Assembly (NCBI GenBank): GCA_022646745.1
Contig: CP060262.1
Location: forward strand, 600,001-632,000
Direction of reading: 5' to 3'
Length of the DNA stretch: 32,000 nucleotides
From: Planctomycetales bacterium
GTDB lineage: Bacteria > 4484-113 > JAFGCY01
Shown here: positions 6,931 to 15,199 of the stretch, piece after piece
Numbering within the stretch: position 1 is the stretch's first letter
Layout: every line of letters starts with the position of its first letter
The notes under the pieces: generated by a model
Told to the model about the DNA's origin: nothing
The model's database searches: none
What the model saw: only the letters and a program-made list of their open reading frames with translations
Translations under genes and position numbers: made by a program

Positions 6931-7998
6931 TCAGAAGGTCTTGTTGAAGTAGACAGCGCCCTCGAAGAGCTGCAGCACGTAGAGCTCGAAGCGGGTGTCG
7001 ATGCCCGCCGCACCCATGTCCGGGATGCCGGTCTGGATGAACTCGGTGCGCTCCGTGGCGTAGCGGTCGGACTGGGCGCTCTCCTGGCTGCCGAAGCCGA
7101 AGATCATGTAGCCCGTCACATTGGTGCCCCACTGGTAGAACTCATTGCGCAGGGTGACCAGGTTGTCCACATCAGGATAGGCGGAAGCGGTGACGATCGG
7201 GATGTAGGCGAAGTCGCCGGGGCTGAAGTAGTCGCCGTCGTCCACGCCCCACTTGCAGTTCTGGCTGAACACCGCCGGGGTGATCGCACCTATCGGCAGC
7301 GCTTCGCTGTCATGACGCAGGACCGTAGTACCGGTGATGCTGTCCGCACCCACGGTGATGCTAGGCCCGGCCGCGCCTGAAGGATCACCCTCAATGCTTG
7401 CCAGCAGGAAGGGGTTGAGTTCAGCGTTGAGGGATACGACATCCTCAAGGTCAATCACATCCGGGGAAGTGGTGAAACCGAATACATTCTGCATCCGGCG
7501 GGTACCGACGCCTGCCGCTCCGCTGAACACATTGACGGGGTACTCGGAAAGGGCATCGTCCACGATCAGGGAGTCGAAGTAGCGCTCGTAGTCCACATTG
7601 CCGGCCACCAGCTGGGTGGCGCGGGCGTTTGCGATCTGCTCATGCACCGGCACCGCGGAGTTGTTGCGGTGGCCGTAGCCGCCGAGGATGCCGTTGGCCA
7701 CGTCCCACTGTGCGGGGTAGTCCAGCGCGCCCTGGGCATACAGCTCGCCGTCACCCAGCGCATGCCATTCCCAGGGGGCCATGATGTCGATCGCGACACC
7801 GGGGTAGTTCCCCTCGTGGTTCTGGGCATAGCTGGCAAGGGCGACTTCAATGTTCGCGCAGTTTCCGCGCACGGCGTTTTCCTTCGCGGTAAGCGAAGCC
7901 TGCCGTACGGTCGGGGCGAGGATGATCACAAGCACGGAGACGATGCCGATAACAACCAGCAGCTCCACGAGTGTAAAGCCCTGCTTTGTGTATCTCAT
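6931..7998 (-). CDS. Type IV pilin / pseudopilin with prepilin-type N-terminal cleavage-methylation motif (355 aa)
   Basis: MRYTKQG|FTLVELLVVIGIVSVLVIILAP has a short leader, Gly at -1, Phe at +1 and Glu at +5. I trimmed the start to the ATG at 7998, which has GAGGGG 5 nt upstream. The track start at 8043 adds 15 non-pilin residues. The upstream intergenic region 8044-8187 is AT-richer than the surroundings. Confidence 0.85.
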   Translation of the reverse strand: MRYTKQGFTLVELLVVIGIVSVLVIILAPTVRQASLTAKENAVRGNCANIEVALASYAQNHEGNYPGVAIDIMAPWEWHALGDGELYAQGALDYPAQWDVANGILGGYGHRNNSAVPVHEQIANARATQLVAGNVDYERYFDSLIVDDALSEYPVNVFSGAAGVGTRRMQNVFGFTTSPDVIDLEDVVSLNAELNPFLLASIEGDPSGAAGPSITVGADSITGTTVLRHDSEALPIGAITPAVFSQNCKWGVDDGDYFSPGDFAYIPIVTASAYPDVDNLVTLRNEFYQWGTNVTGYMIFGFGSQESAQSDRYATERTEFIQTGIPDMGAAGIDTRFELYVLQLFEGAVYFNKTF

Positions 7999-8187
7999 CG
8001 CAACCCCTCGCTGGCGAAACTGAATGTACGTCGCTGCAACCAAGATATATTACACCGTTCCGTAGATTCTATAAACATGGGACATATCCGTGGCATACCG
8101 TCAAATGGTGTGCCCCGTGCCAATAAAGACGCCCTTCCCCGGCTGCGGTTACAGGATTTGCCGGATAGATCCGTTATTTTGCGGCAT

Positions 8188-9621
8188 TCAGCCCTGATCC
8201 GCCTCTTTCAGGGCCTCGCGCAGTTCCCCGGCCTGGTCAATCGTGCGGATCACGTCCCCGGCCTGGCCGGTGAATTCATATGTCTCAGAATCCTCTGCCA
8301 TTTTGAGACTGAGCTGAACGCCGTCCTTCGTACCCTTGTTATCGGATTCCAGCTCATCAAGCTCCAGCAGGCCGTCCTCCTTGAGCTGGCGCAGGCTAGC
8401 GTAGTTCCCGTGGCGGATCAGGTGCGCCTCCTGGGCGTTATGCGCATGGTTCAGTACAGCGGCCACCAGCTCGAGCCTGGCATTGGCCAGCGCCTTGTCC
8501 AGCCCTTCCTCCGGCTCCACCGGGCCTTCCTGGTCGGGCATGAAGCCCTCCATTGCCTTAGGGCCAGGCAGCGGCAGGTAGTTCTCTCCGCCTTCAACCT
8601 CAGGGCTGAAGGCATTGATCTCACCCGCCTGGTCGGTGTACAGCCTTACGCCGCCCAGTTCCGCTATTGCGCTGTAGCCCAGCTTGTCGTCGTCCAGCTT
8701 GAAGCTGAGCACGATGCCTGATGAAGTGGCGGGCAGCTGGCCGCTGAAATCCAGCCGCTCGAAGTATAGTCCGCTTAAGTCCTTCAGCTCGCCGTAGTGC
8801 TGGTAGGCACCCTTGTAACGGGTCTGGGCTGCAACCAGGGCAGCCAATGTATGCTCCACGATGGATTCCACACCTTCTGTGCTGGAATTCATGTAGGGCA
8901 TGATCCGCATCCGCCCGCCGGATTCCTGCACCCAGGCGCAGCTGCCGCCGAAGGCCACCGCGCCGTACCACATATTGCGCTGGGCACTGGACTCCTTGCC
9001 GGCCCGGTGCAGTAGCAGCACGCCCTGCGCCGGGCGGGCCACCTGGTAGCCGAGGCTAGTGTAGATCGGGCGGAACTCCTCCGCCGGCAGGGTGTTGTAG
9101 CGGGTCAGCTCGGCCAGCGATAGGTAGGTCCGGGCCTGCGAATAGGCCGAGTCCTCACTTGTGTTGATTATGTCGAGGATCTCGCGAGCGATCTCATCCA
9201 TTTCCAGCCGGCTGCGGCTGCCGATCTCACCACTGGAATTCACGCTCCAGACGCGGTCCTGCTCCCAGGCCAGCACATCGTATTCGCGGCGGTAGTCATC
9301 CAGCACCTGGAACACCAGCAGGCCGTTTTGCAGCAGCCATTCGCCGTTGGCTTCCATGTTGTAGACCACGCCCTCCTGCTCCAGCACGGCCGGGAACAGG
9401 TTTGCAAGCATCGTGTAGCGTCCCTTCGATTCATTCCACTCCTGCTGGCGCTTGGACAGCTCGCGCAGGAAGAGATGTGCACTCGGGCTGGGCTGTTCGG
9501 AGGCGATGCTCTCCTGTGGCAGCGGCAGCTGCGGCATGTCGGAATCCTGCGCCAGCGCATTGCCTGCCAGAAACAGGCCCGACGTAATAGCAAGCAAGGT
9601 TCTGATGAGGCCAGTCGCCAT
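8188..9621 (-). CDS. Secreted protein composed of four tandem pilin-head-like modules
   Basis: The preferred start at 9621 gives the signal peptide MATGLIRTLLAITSGLFLAGNALAQ. The track start at 9711 would overlap the upstream gene. No clear Shine-Dalgarno is present, so the start is uncertain. Four helices of the type xLxxxxxAQxxYxxxxGxYxxLxxL occur at nt ~9421-9480, ~9090-9150, ~8768-8858 and ~8366-8478, and each is followed by ~80-100 aa of beta-type sequence. Confidence 0.7.
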   Translation of the reverse strand: MATGLIRTLLAITSGLFLAGNALAQDSDMPQLPLPQESIASEQPSPSAHLFLRELSKRQQEWNESKGRYTMLANLFPAVLEQEGVVYNMEANGEWLLQNGLLVFQVLDDYRREYDVLAWEQDRVWSVNSSGEIGSRSRLEMDEIAREILDIINTSEDSAYSQARTYLSLAELTRYNTLPAEEFRPIYTSLGYQVARPAQGVLLLHRAGKESSAQRNMWYGAVAFGGSCAWVQESGGRMRIMPYMNSSTEGVESIVEHTLAALVAAQTRYKGAYQHYGELKDLSGLYFERLDFSGQLPATSSGIVLSFKLDDDKLGYSAIAELGGVRLYTDQAGEINAFSPEVEGGENYLPLPGPKAMEGFMPDQEGPVEPEEGLDKALANARLELVAAVLNHAHNAQEAHLIRHGNYASLRQLKEDGLLELDELESDNKGTKDGVQLSLKMAEDSETYEFTGQAGDVIRTIDQAGELREALKEADQG

Positions 9622-9679
9622 ACTATTCAGACGCCCGGGACCTGCCGGGTGTTGCGCATGGAGCAATGCAGCGGTCGGC

Positions 9680-11593
9680 CTAGACATTTGGATCAAGGTC
9701 CTTAGGGGCAAACTGGTTGTTCTGGAAATACGTGCGGAAGGCGGCCGCCCGGCTGCGGTACTCCCGCTTCAGCTCCGGGTCATCCGTCAGTTCCGTCATG
9801 CGTTCGTACCACTGCGCAAACATCCCGTTGAGCGGGTAGAAGGTCGGCCGCACATGGCTCGGGGTGATCGGTTCCGTGATCGGGATGCGCTCGAGGCCCA
9901 GCTCAAGCCTGCGCAGCTGCTCCGCCGGGTCATCCGCCAGCACGGCCCAGCCGTAGTAGTGGTCGGGGTAGTTATATGGGTCGATTTCAATCGCCTGCTC
10001 GACTTCGCGGCTGGCTGCCGGGCGCGCGGGATTCAGCGTGCCGCGCAGGAACATCGCATTCGCGGCCAGTGGGTTGCAGGCCAGCGCTGCATCGAGGTCC
10101 TCTCGGGCCGCTTCCAGCTCCGCCGGAGGCAGCTGCTGCGGGTCCGGCACGGCGTTCACGCGCAGCGAGGCGCGCTGGTAGCGTGTCATGTGGTTGCGCG
10201 GGTTGTAGCGGATCGCCATGTTAAGCAGGTCGAACTTCACGCGGGCCTGCTCAACATTGCTGACCTGCATGCCGCGCATCTGGTCGAGGATGAATCGCTC
10301 GAAGGTCAGGGATGGAGCCTTGACAAGGCTCAGCAGCACCAGCACTGCACATGCCAGGCCCAGCGGGTCGAGCTTCATGCCTGCCTTTGCCTCATCACTG
10401 GACGGGCGAGCTGCCATTGCGGCATGGCTGCCGATCGCGAGCAGGGCACCGAGGAACACGTTCGTGGCGCTGAAGGTGTAGTCGAAGTCCACGGCAGCAT
10501 GCGCCAGGCTTCCTCCGACTGCCGCGACAATTGCCAGGCACCAGGGCAGCGGCTGGCCACAGCGCAGCACGCGCAGGGCCCACCAGATGAATCCGATGAT
10601 CAATGCAAGCGCCAGCAGCAGACCGGCGACGCCCAGCTCAGCACTGAGCTGCAGCGGCCAGCTGTGCGGGTCCACGCTGTAGTAGATGTAGTCCTTCTGG
10701 TACTGCGGATAGACATAGGCGAAGTTGCCGAGTCCGACACCCTTGAGCGGATGCTCAGCGAACATCTGCCAGGCGCTGTCCCAGAAGCGCAGGCGGCCCT
10801 GGAAGGAATAGCCGGCGAAGTCGGTGACGCGGGACAGCACGCTGCGCACCGGCGGGATGGCCAGCAGGCCGAGGAACATCACAACAAGCGCGCCAGCCCC
10901 GATGCCGAGAGCCCGGCCATAGCCCCTGCGTCCCCCGAGCAGCATTCCAGCTGCGATGAACACGAGTTGCAGCAGCAGGCACAGCCATGCAGCACGTGAA
11001 TATGTCAGCACCAGCACCAGCAGGTTAATGGAGCTGGCAATCAGGCCAAACAGCTGCATCCCCCTTGTGGATGCACGGCTGGCCAGCAGCAGGCCCAGCG
11101 GCCAGCCCAGCAGCAGGAAACCGGCATACGGGTTGTGCAGGCCGAACACGGAAGCCACCTGGTGGTCCGTTCGCCCGCTGCTGATCCACTCAACCAGTCC
11201 AAGCAGCGCGGTTAGCAAAGTGGAACCGCACATCGCAGGCAGCAGCCAGCTGCCCCGCTGCGCTGAATGGCGCAGGGCCGTGTCGGCGATGATCCAGCCG
11301 CAGGGGAAGGCCAGCAGGTAGAGCGAAAGCACCTGGCCCTGGTATACCGAAGGCAGGAACACCAGCAGGATGCATGTCGCCAGCAGGGCCGGCAGCAGCC
11401 AGTTGGGCTTTTCATCCCGCGGGCGCAATAGCAGGCAGAGCGCGGCTGCCAAGGGTAGCAGCAGGTGTGCCACCAGGTAGCCCCAGCCGCTGAAGCCGCC
11501 GGCCAGCAGTGGCAGCACGGCGATTGCGATCAGCCCGAGCGAGACGGCGATGTCAACGCGTCCCGATCCATTGCCAGTGCCGCTGCCATCCAT
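9680..11593 (-). CDS. O-antigen ligase (Wzy_C) family polytopic membrane protein with C-terminal TPR-like region
   Basis: 637 aa with many TM segments. Wzy_C hallmarks are present: LTYSRAAW, GRLRFWDSAWQMFAEHPLKGVGLGNF and DPHSWPLQLSAELGVAG. The C-terminal ~230 aa are helical-repeat-like. The ATG at 11593 shares its A with the TGA of the upstream NuoN-like gene. Confidence 0.85.
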   Translation of the reverse strand: MDGSGTGNGSGRVDIAVSLGLIAIAVLPLLAGGFSGWGYLVAHLLLPLAAALCLLLRPRDEKPNWLLPALLATCILLVFLPSVYQGQVLSLYLLAFPCGWIIADTALRHSAQRGSWLLPAMCGSTLLTALLGLVEWISSGRTDHQVASVFGLHNPYAGFLLLGWPLGLLLASRASTRGMQLFGLIASSINLLVLVLTYSRAAWLCLLLQLVFIAAGMLLGGRRGYGRALGIGAGALVVMFLGLLAIPPVRSVLSRVTDFAGYSFQGRLRFWDSAWQMFAEHPLKGVGLGNFAYVYPQYQKDYIYYSVDPHSWPLQLSAELGVAGLLLALALIIGFIWWALRVLRCGQPLPWCLAIVAAVGGSLAHAAVDFDYTFSATNVFLGALLAIGSHAAMAARPSSDEAKAGMKLDPLGLACAVLVLLSLVKAPSLTFERFILDQMRGMQVSNVEQARVKFDLLNMAIRYNPRNHMTRYQRASLRVNAVPDPQQLPPAELEAAREDLDAALACNPLAANAMFLRGTLNPARPAASREVEQAIEIDPYNYPDHYYGWAVLADDPAEQLRRLELGLERIPITEPITPSHVRPTFYPLNGMFAQWYERMTELTDDPELKREYRSRAAAFRTYFQNNQFAPKDLDPNV

Positions 11594-13221
11594 CAGATCT
11601 GGTAATCCTTCTGCCAGTAGACGAGGAAGTAGGCTTCCTTCACGTAGTCAAACGGCACATTGACGAACACCACGCCCAGGAGCAGGATGAACAGCGCGGG
11701 CACGAGGATCGCAAGCCTGGTGAACAGGATCGGCTCGAACTTACGGTTCTGCTCCAGAGCCGGCGGCAGCACCCACATGCGGTACAGCAGCCGCATGTAG
11801 TAGAACGCGCTCATTGCCGTTGTCAGCAGGGCGAAGATTACAAGCGCAGTGATCATCGCATTGCCGGGCGCGTAGAGCAGCATGCTCTTGAACACGAAGA
11901 ACTTGGCCCAGAAGCCGACGGTCGGCGGCAGGCCGACGAGCGCGATGATGATCACGCTGAAGATCAGCGTCAGCATTGGGTTGCGCCGTACGAGCCCGTT
12001 GTAGCTGTCCATGTGGTCCGTGCCACCGGCACTTTCCACTGCCATCGCGGCGACGAAGATCCCGAGGTTCATGAAGAAGTAGACCAGCACGTAATACAGT
12101 GCCGAGAAGAAGCCCTCTGTCTGCTCCATTTCCGAGGTGGCATGCGCCGCCGCGATCACACCGATCATGATGTAGCCCATGTGGCTGATGCCGGAATAGG
12201 CCATCATGCGCTTGAAGCTTGTCTGTTTCAGCGCCATCACGTTGCCGATCACCATCGAGGCAATCGACATCACCGTCAGGATCGGTATCCAGATCTGCTT
12301 CAGGGAAATGAAGGCGATGAACAGCAGGCGCATCAGCACCGCATAGCCGGCGGTCTTCGGGAAGACGGAGATGAAGGCCGTCACCGGGGTCGGCGCGCCT
12401 TCATAGACATCCGCCACCCAGAGGTGGAAGGGCGCGATGCCCAGCTTGTAGCCGATGGCAACCAGCAGCAGCACGATGGAGAAGATCACCATCGGCATGT
12501 AGGCAAATTTCGGATCGCGCAGGTAGTCCTGGATGTAGTAGAGGTTCGTCTCGTTGGTGGCACCGTAGAGGATGCTCATCGCGAACAGCAGCGCGCCGCT
12601 GGCGGCTGCTCCCGTGATGAAGTACTTCAGGCCGGCTTCCAGGCTGCGCAGGTTCTTCTTGTGGAAGGCCGCCATGATGTAGCCGGTGATCCCACCGAAT
12701 TCGGTCATCACGTAGACCGCCAGCAGGTCGGAGGAACCGACCATCAGGTCATAGGCGATCGTACCGGCCAGCATCAGGATGATGAACTCCACGCGGTACT
12801 TCTTCAGCGGCTTGTAGCCGATCAGCGCGAGGATGATCATGATGTCGCCCCAGTCCATCAGCTGCTTGAACATCAGGGCGTAGGGGTCGATCGTTTCCAG
12901 CCCGCCCCACCAGGTACCGAGGCCGTAGCCGAAGTAGCGGCTGGTGTAGTACATCATGTGGATCGTCATCATCAGGTTGCCAAGCAGCGATATGATGGCG
13001 ACCCAGCAGACAACAAGGAAGTTGTCACGCTTGCTGAAGATCTCAATCAGGCAGATGATGCCCAGTCCGACAAGCAGTGAGATTTCAGGGGAGAGCAGGT
13101 AGTAGGAAGTGTGCCGCCAGGCCCATTCGCCGAACTGCTGCACGGGTACGCCCGCAAGGTAGGAAATGCGGCCCCAGATGACGTAGAGCATTTCCAGCAG
13201 CTGGGATGAGACGGGATCCAT
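11593..13221 (-). CDS. nuoN: NADH-quinone oxidoreductase subunit N-type (ND2/NuoN family) proton-pumping membrane subunit
   Basis: 542 aa and polytopic. It carries the NuoN/ND2 signature LGIAPFHLWVADVYEGAPTPVTAFISVFPKTAGYAVLMRLL, plus LKYFITGAAASGALLF and SGISHMGYIMIG. No other nuo genes flank it. The start could instead be the ATG 30 nt downstream (Met11). Confidence 0.8.
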   Translation of the reverse strand: MDPVSSQLLEMLYVIWGRISYLAGVPVQQFGEWAWRHTSYYLLSPEISLLVGLGIICLIEIFSKRDNFLVVCWVAIISLLGNLMMTIHMMYYTSRYFGYGLGTWWGGLETIDPYALMFKQLMDWGDIMIILALIGYKPLKKYRVEFIILMLAGTIAYDLMVGSSDLLAVYVMTEFGGITGYIMAAFHKKNLRSLEAGLKYFITGAAASGALLFAMSILYGATNETNLYYIQDYLRDPKFAYMPMVIFSIVLLLVAIGYKLGIAPFHLWVADVYEGAPTPVTAFISVFPKTAGYAVLMRLLFIAFISLKQIWIPILTVMSIASMVIGNVMALKQTSFKRMMAYSGISHMGYIMIGVIAAAHATSEMEQTEGFFSALYYVLVYFFMNLGIFVAAMAVESAGGTDHMDSYNGLVRRNPMLTLIFSVIIIALVGLPPTVGFWAKFFVFKSMLLYAPGNAMITALVIFALLTTAMSAFYYMRLLYRMWVLPPALEQNRKFEPILFTRLAILVPALFILLLGVVFVNVPFDYVKEAYFLVYWQKDYQI

Positions 13222-13242
13222 GCGGACTCTATATATAGCATA

Positions 13243-13267
13243 AAGCGGAGGGCAATGCCCTCCGCTT
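13243..13267 (-). terminator. Stem-loop terminator candidate downstream of the PilP-like gene
   Basis: aagcggaggg (13243-13252) pairs perfectly with ccctccgctt (13258-13267), and c13253 pairs with g13257. On the minus strand the stem is followed by TTATGCTATAT, which is only a moderate U-tract. Confidence 0.5.
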
Positions 13268-13291
13268 CAATGTTGATCTGAACTGTTGGAT

Positions 13292-14350
13292 CTATCCGCC
13301 GACGGAACGGGGGATGTAGATCTTGGTACGGCTGATAACGTTGCCCGGGATCGGCACCGAGATGGTGACGGTCACACGAGAGTCGGTAACCTCACTGCAG
13401 CTCACCTGGGCACCGTTGATGCCACGGGAACCGCCTTCCTGCATGGAGAAGCGCGGAGCGTCCTCGGCCAGGCCAAGGCTGAAGTAGGCAGTGGAAACCA
13501 CTCCGATCTGGATCACGCTGTGGCACTGCAGTGCCGCAGCGACCTGCTCCACCGTGCGGGTGGCCTGCAGGGTGGCGAGATACACAAGGATCTCGTTTTC
13601 ATCTGTGCTGCCGCTCCTGGGAGGCTTGAGCTGGTCCGGGATCGCGCTGTCAACGAAGGTCAGCGGATCAACACGGCCGGTCTCGGGGATGAATTCATCC
13701 GGGTTCTCGTCATCCCAGGGAGAGGTCAGGCGGCCTTCGAGGTCCTTCTGCTTGGCACGCAGGATGTCGCGCGGGTCGAGCTCCATGAAGGCATCGACGG
13801 GGTCGAGCTCCTCTGTCTCCTCTACGGCTTCCTCCTCGATCGGGGCGGACTTGTCCATGCCCTCCTCGTCGGCGGCAGCCTCAGCACAGGGGTTCTCCTC
13901 CGCAGCCTCATCGGCAGCGCAAGGGTTCTCCTCGGCGGCTTCCTCAGCAGCGCAGGGATTCTCTTCGGCAGCTTCATCGGCAGCGCAGGGGTTTTCCTCG
14001 GCTGCTTCAGCACAGGGGTTCTCCGCGGCTTCCTCAGCGGCGCAGGGGTTCTCCTCCGCAGCTTCGCCACACGGGTTCTCGGCAGCGGCCTCACCACAGG
14101 GGTTGGCCTCCGCTTCGGCACCCTCGCAGGGATTCGCTTCAGCGCCATCCTCGGCACCGGCCACGGCGGCCTCACCCTCAGGTGCGGCGGACGCCTCGGA
14201 ACCGGCATCGGCAGGCGGGCTGGACTGGCTGCGGCCTGAATACTGCTGTGCCATCTGCTCAGCCGGGTCCGGGCCATTGTTGCATGATCCGGCCAGGAGC
14301 AGGGCTCCAAGGGCCAGGGTAGCAAGGATCTTGTAGTTCATAATTCTCAT
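13292..14350 (-). CDS. PilP-like pilus-assembly lipoprotein with an acidic Cys-containing tandem-repeat linker
   Basis: 352 aa. Lipobox LLLAGSC. The linker holds nine (A/E)NPC repeats. It is followed by GRVDPL (compare the PilP RDPF motif) and a C-terminal beta domain ...QIGVVSTAYFSLGLAEDAPRFSMQEGGSRGINGAQVSCSEVTDSRVTVTISV. The gene sits directly after the PilM-N and PilO-like genes. The assignment rests on architecture and position, not a measured similarity. Confidence 0.55.
   Translation of the reverse strand: MRIMNYKILATLALGALLLAGSCNNGPDPAEQMAQQYSGRSQSSPPADAGSEASAAPEGEAAVAGAEDGAEANPCEGAEAEANPCGEAAAENPCGEAAEENPCAAEEAAENPCAEAAEENPCAADEAAEENPCAAEEAAEENPCAADEAAEENPCAEAAADEEGMDKSAPIEEEAVEETEELDPVDAFMELDPRDILRAKQKDLEGRLTSPWDDENPDEFIPETGRVDPLTFVDSAIPDQLKPPRSGSTDENEILVYLATLQATRTVEQVAAALQCHSVIQIGVVSTAYFSLGLAEDAPRFSMQEGGSRGINGAQVSCSEVTDSRVTVTISVPIPGNVISRTKIYIPRSVGG
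13871..14143 (-). repeat. In-frame imperfect tandem repeat (27-33 bp units) encoding 9 x [A/E-rich]-NPC
   Basis: The protein reads ANPCEGAEAEANPCGEAAAENPCGEAAEENPCAAEEAAENPCAEAAEENPCAADEAAEENPCAAEEAAEENPCAADEAAEENPCAE. The DNA shows recurring gcaggggttctcctc-type units on the plus strand. Confidence 0.85.
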
Positions 14351-14362
14351 CTCACTGTCCTG

Positions 14363-15199
14363 TTAGCAGGAGTAAGCTCCCGGCGGATCCGGCGGAGCGT
14401 CTCCGCTGGCGGCCTTCTCGGGGTTGATGAAGTACACGGTCATGCGGATCGTCCAGGTCTGTCCGCGACGGATGAAGCTGCTGTTGTCCGGGTCGCCATC
14501 AGTCTTGATGCAGTGGATCGTGAACAGCTTGTCAGTCATCTTGCGGCTGGTACCCTGCTGGATGCTGCGCACGAAACGCATCACATCTTCATAGGTGCCA
14601 CCGAACTTCTCCAGCGTGATGTTGTACGGCGTAAGGAAACTGGACTGGCCAGTCTTCAGCACCTCAGTGACCGGGTTACCGTTGCTCTCCGGATAGTAGA
14701 TGATCGGGAAGATATCCGGACCGTTCTCGATGAGGTTTCCGCGGGGAATTGTCTCGAACGGAGTCATCGCCATGTTGATGCTGTACTCGTACTGGTCAAC
14801 GAGGATCTTGGATTCACCCGTGATCTGCAGGTAACCGGACTGCAGCACCAGCGGTGAGAAGGTGTCCTCCCAGAAGGGGATCACATCATCCTGGTTCTGC
14901 AGGAACAGGTAGTCCAGCGTGCCGAGCTTCTGGTTGAGGGCCAGCTTGACGCGCTTGGCGGTCTCCAGCTTGGCACCCTTCTTGCGATAGGTGTCAATCT
15001 GGGTCTGCAGGTTGTTCTTCTTGCCCTCGAGGCCGGCGATCTCGTTGGTCAGCTTGTTCTTGTGGCTGTTCACGAAGACCGCGGCGACGATGATGAGCAC
15101 GAGGAACACCACGCCAAGGACCTGCGGGGTCAACAGCGGCTGCTTCGGTGCATTCTGCTCAGGCGGCGGAGCCGCTCCTCTTCTAGGTGCTGACGACAT
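14363..15199 (-). CDS. PilO-like pilus assembly protein (TM segment + coiled coil + C-terminal globular domain)
   Basis: 278 aa. TM segment LLTPQVLGVVFLVLIIVAAVFV, then the coiled coil KLTNEIAGLEGKKNNLQTQIDTYRKKGAKLETAKRVKLALNQKL, then an alpha/beta region. AGAGGTGA lies 7 nt upstream of the ATG. The gene overlaps the PilM-N stop by 17 nt. The call is by architecture and gene order. Confidence 0.55.
   Translation of the reverse strand: MSSAPRRGAAPPPEQNAPKQPLLTPQVLGVVFLVLIIVAAVFVNSHKNKLTNEIAGLEGKKNNLQTQIDTYRKKGAKLETAKRVKLALNQKLGTLDYLFLQNQDDVIPFWEDTFSPLVLQSGYLQITGESKILVDQYEYSINMAMTPFETIPRGNLIENGPDIFPIIYYPESNGNPVTEVLKTGQSSFLTPYNITLEKFGGTYEDVMRFVRSIQQGTSRKMTDKLFTIHCIKTDGDPDNSSFIRRGQTWTIRMTVYFINPEKAASGDAPPDPPGAYSC

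Noticed and set aside
6924-7013. Track-predicted N-terminal extensions of several genes (6492..7013, 6931..8043, 8188..9711, 15183..17117, 17218..20097)
   Set aside because: The extensions overlap upstream genes or the mapped promoter, encode low-complexity or non-signal sequence, and bypass good SD-ATG pairs. Downstream starts give proper signal peptide, prepilin or PilM N-termini.
8104-8123. Sigma54-type promoter (TGGCAC on the minus strand) upstream of the pilin gene
   Set aside because: No GC/TTGC element occurs at the required 10-nt GG-to-GC spacing downstream of the TGGCAC. A TGTAATATA extended -10-like element nearer the gene is a more plausible, still unproven, promoter.
9452-13080. 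Plus-strand ORFs 9452..10999 (515 aa) and 11509..13080 (523 aa, His/Asp/Arg/Gln-rich)
   Set aside because: They are antisense to the Wzy_C and NuoN genes, whose minus-strand translations show unmistakable polytopic membrane protein signatures.
13871-14143. Possible CRISPR array suggested by regularly spaced DNA repeats
   Set aside because: The units are 27-33 bp with no unique spacers, lie in-frame inside a coding sequence and encode a coherent peptide repeat. No cas genes or leader are present.
13491-14336. Alternative-frame ORFs over the repeat region (13491..14336 + 281 aa Ser/Ala-rich; 13822..14325 - 167 aa Pro/Arg-rich; 13286..14239 +)
   Set aside because: These are by-products of the tandem repeat reading open in several frames. 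Only the 13292..14350 minus frame has a lipobox, an SD-like AGGA and a structured C-terminal domain.
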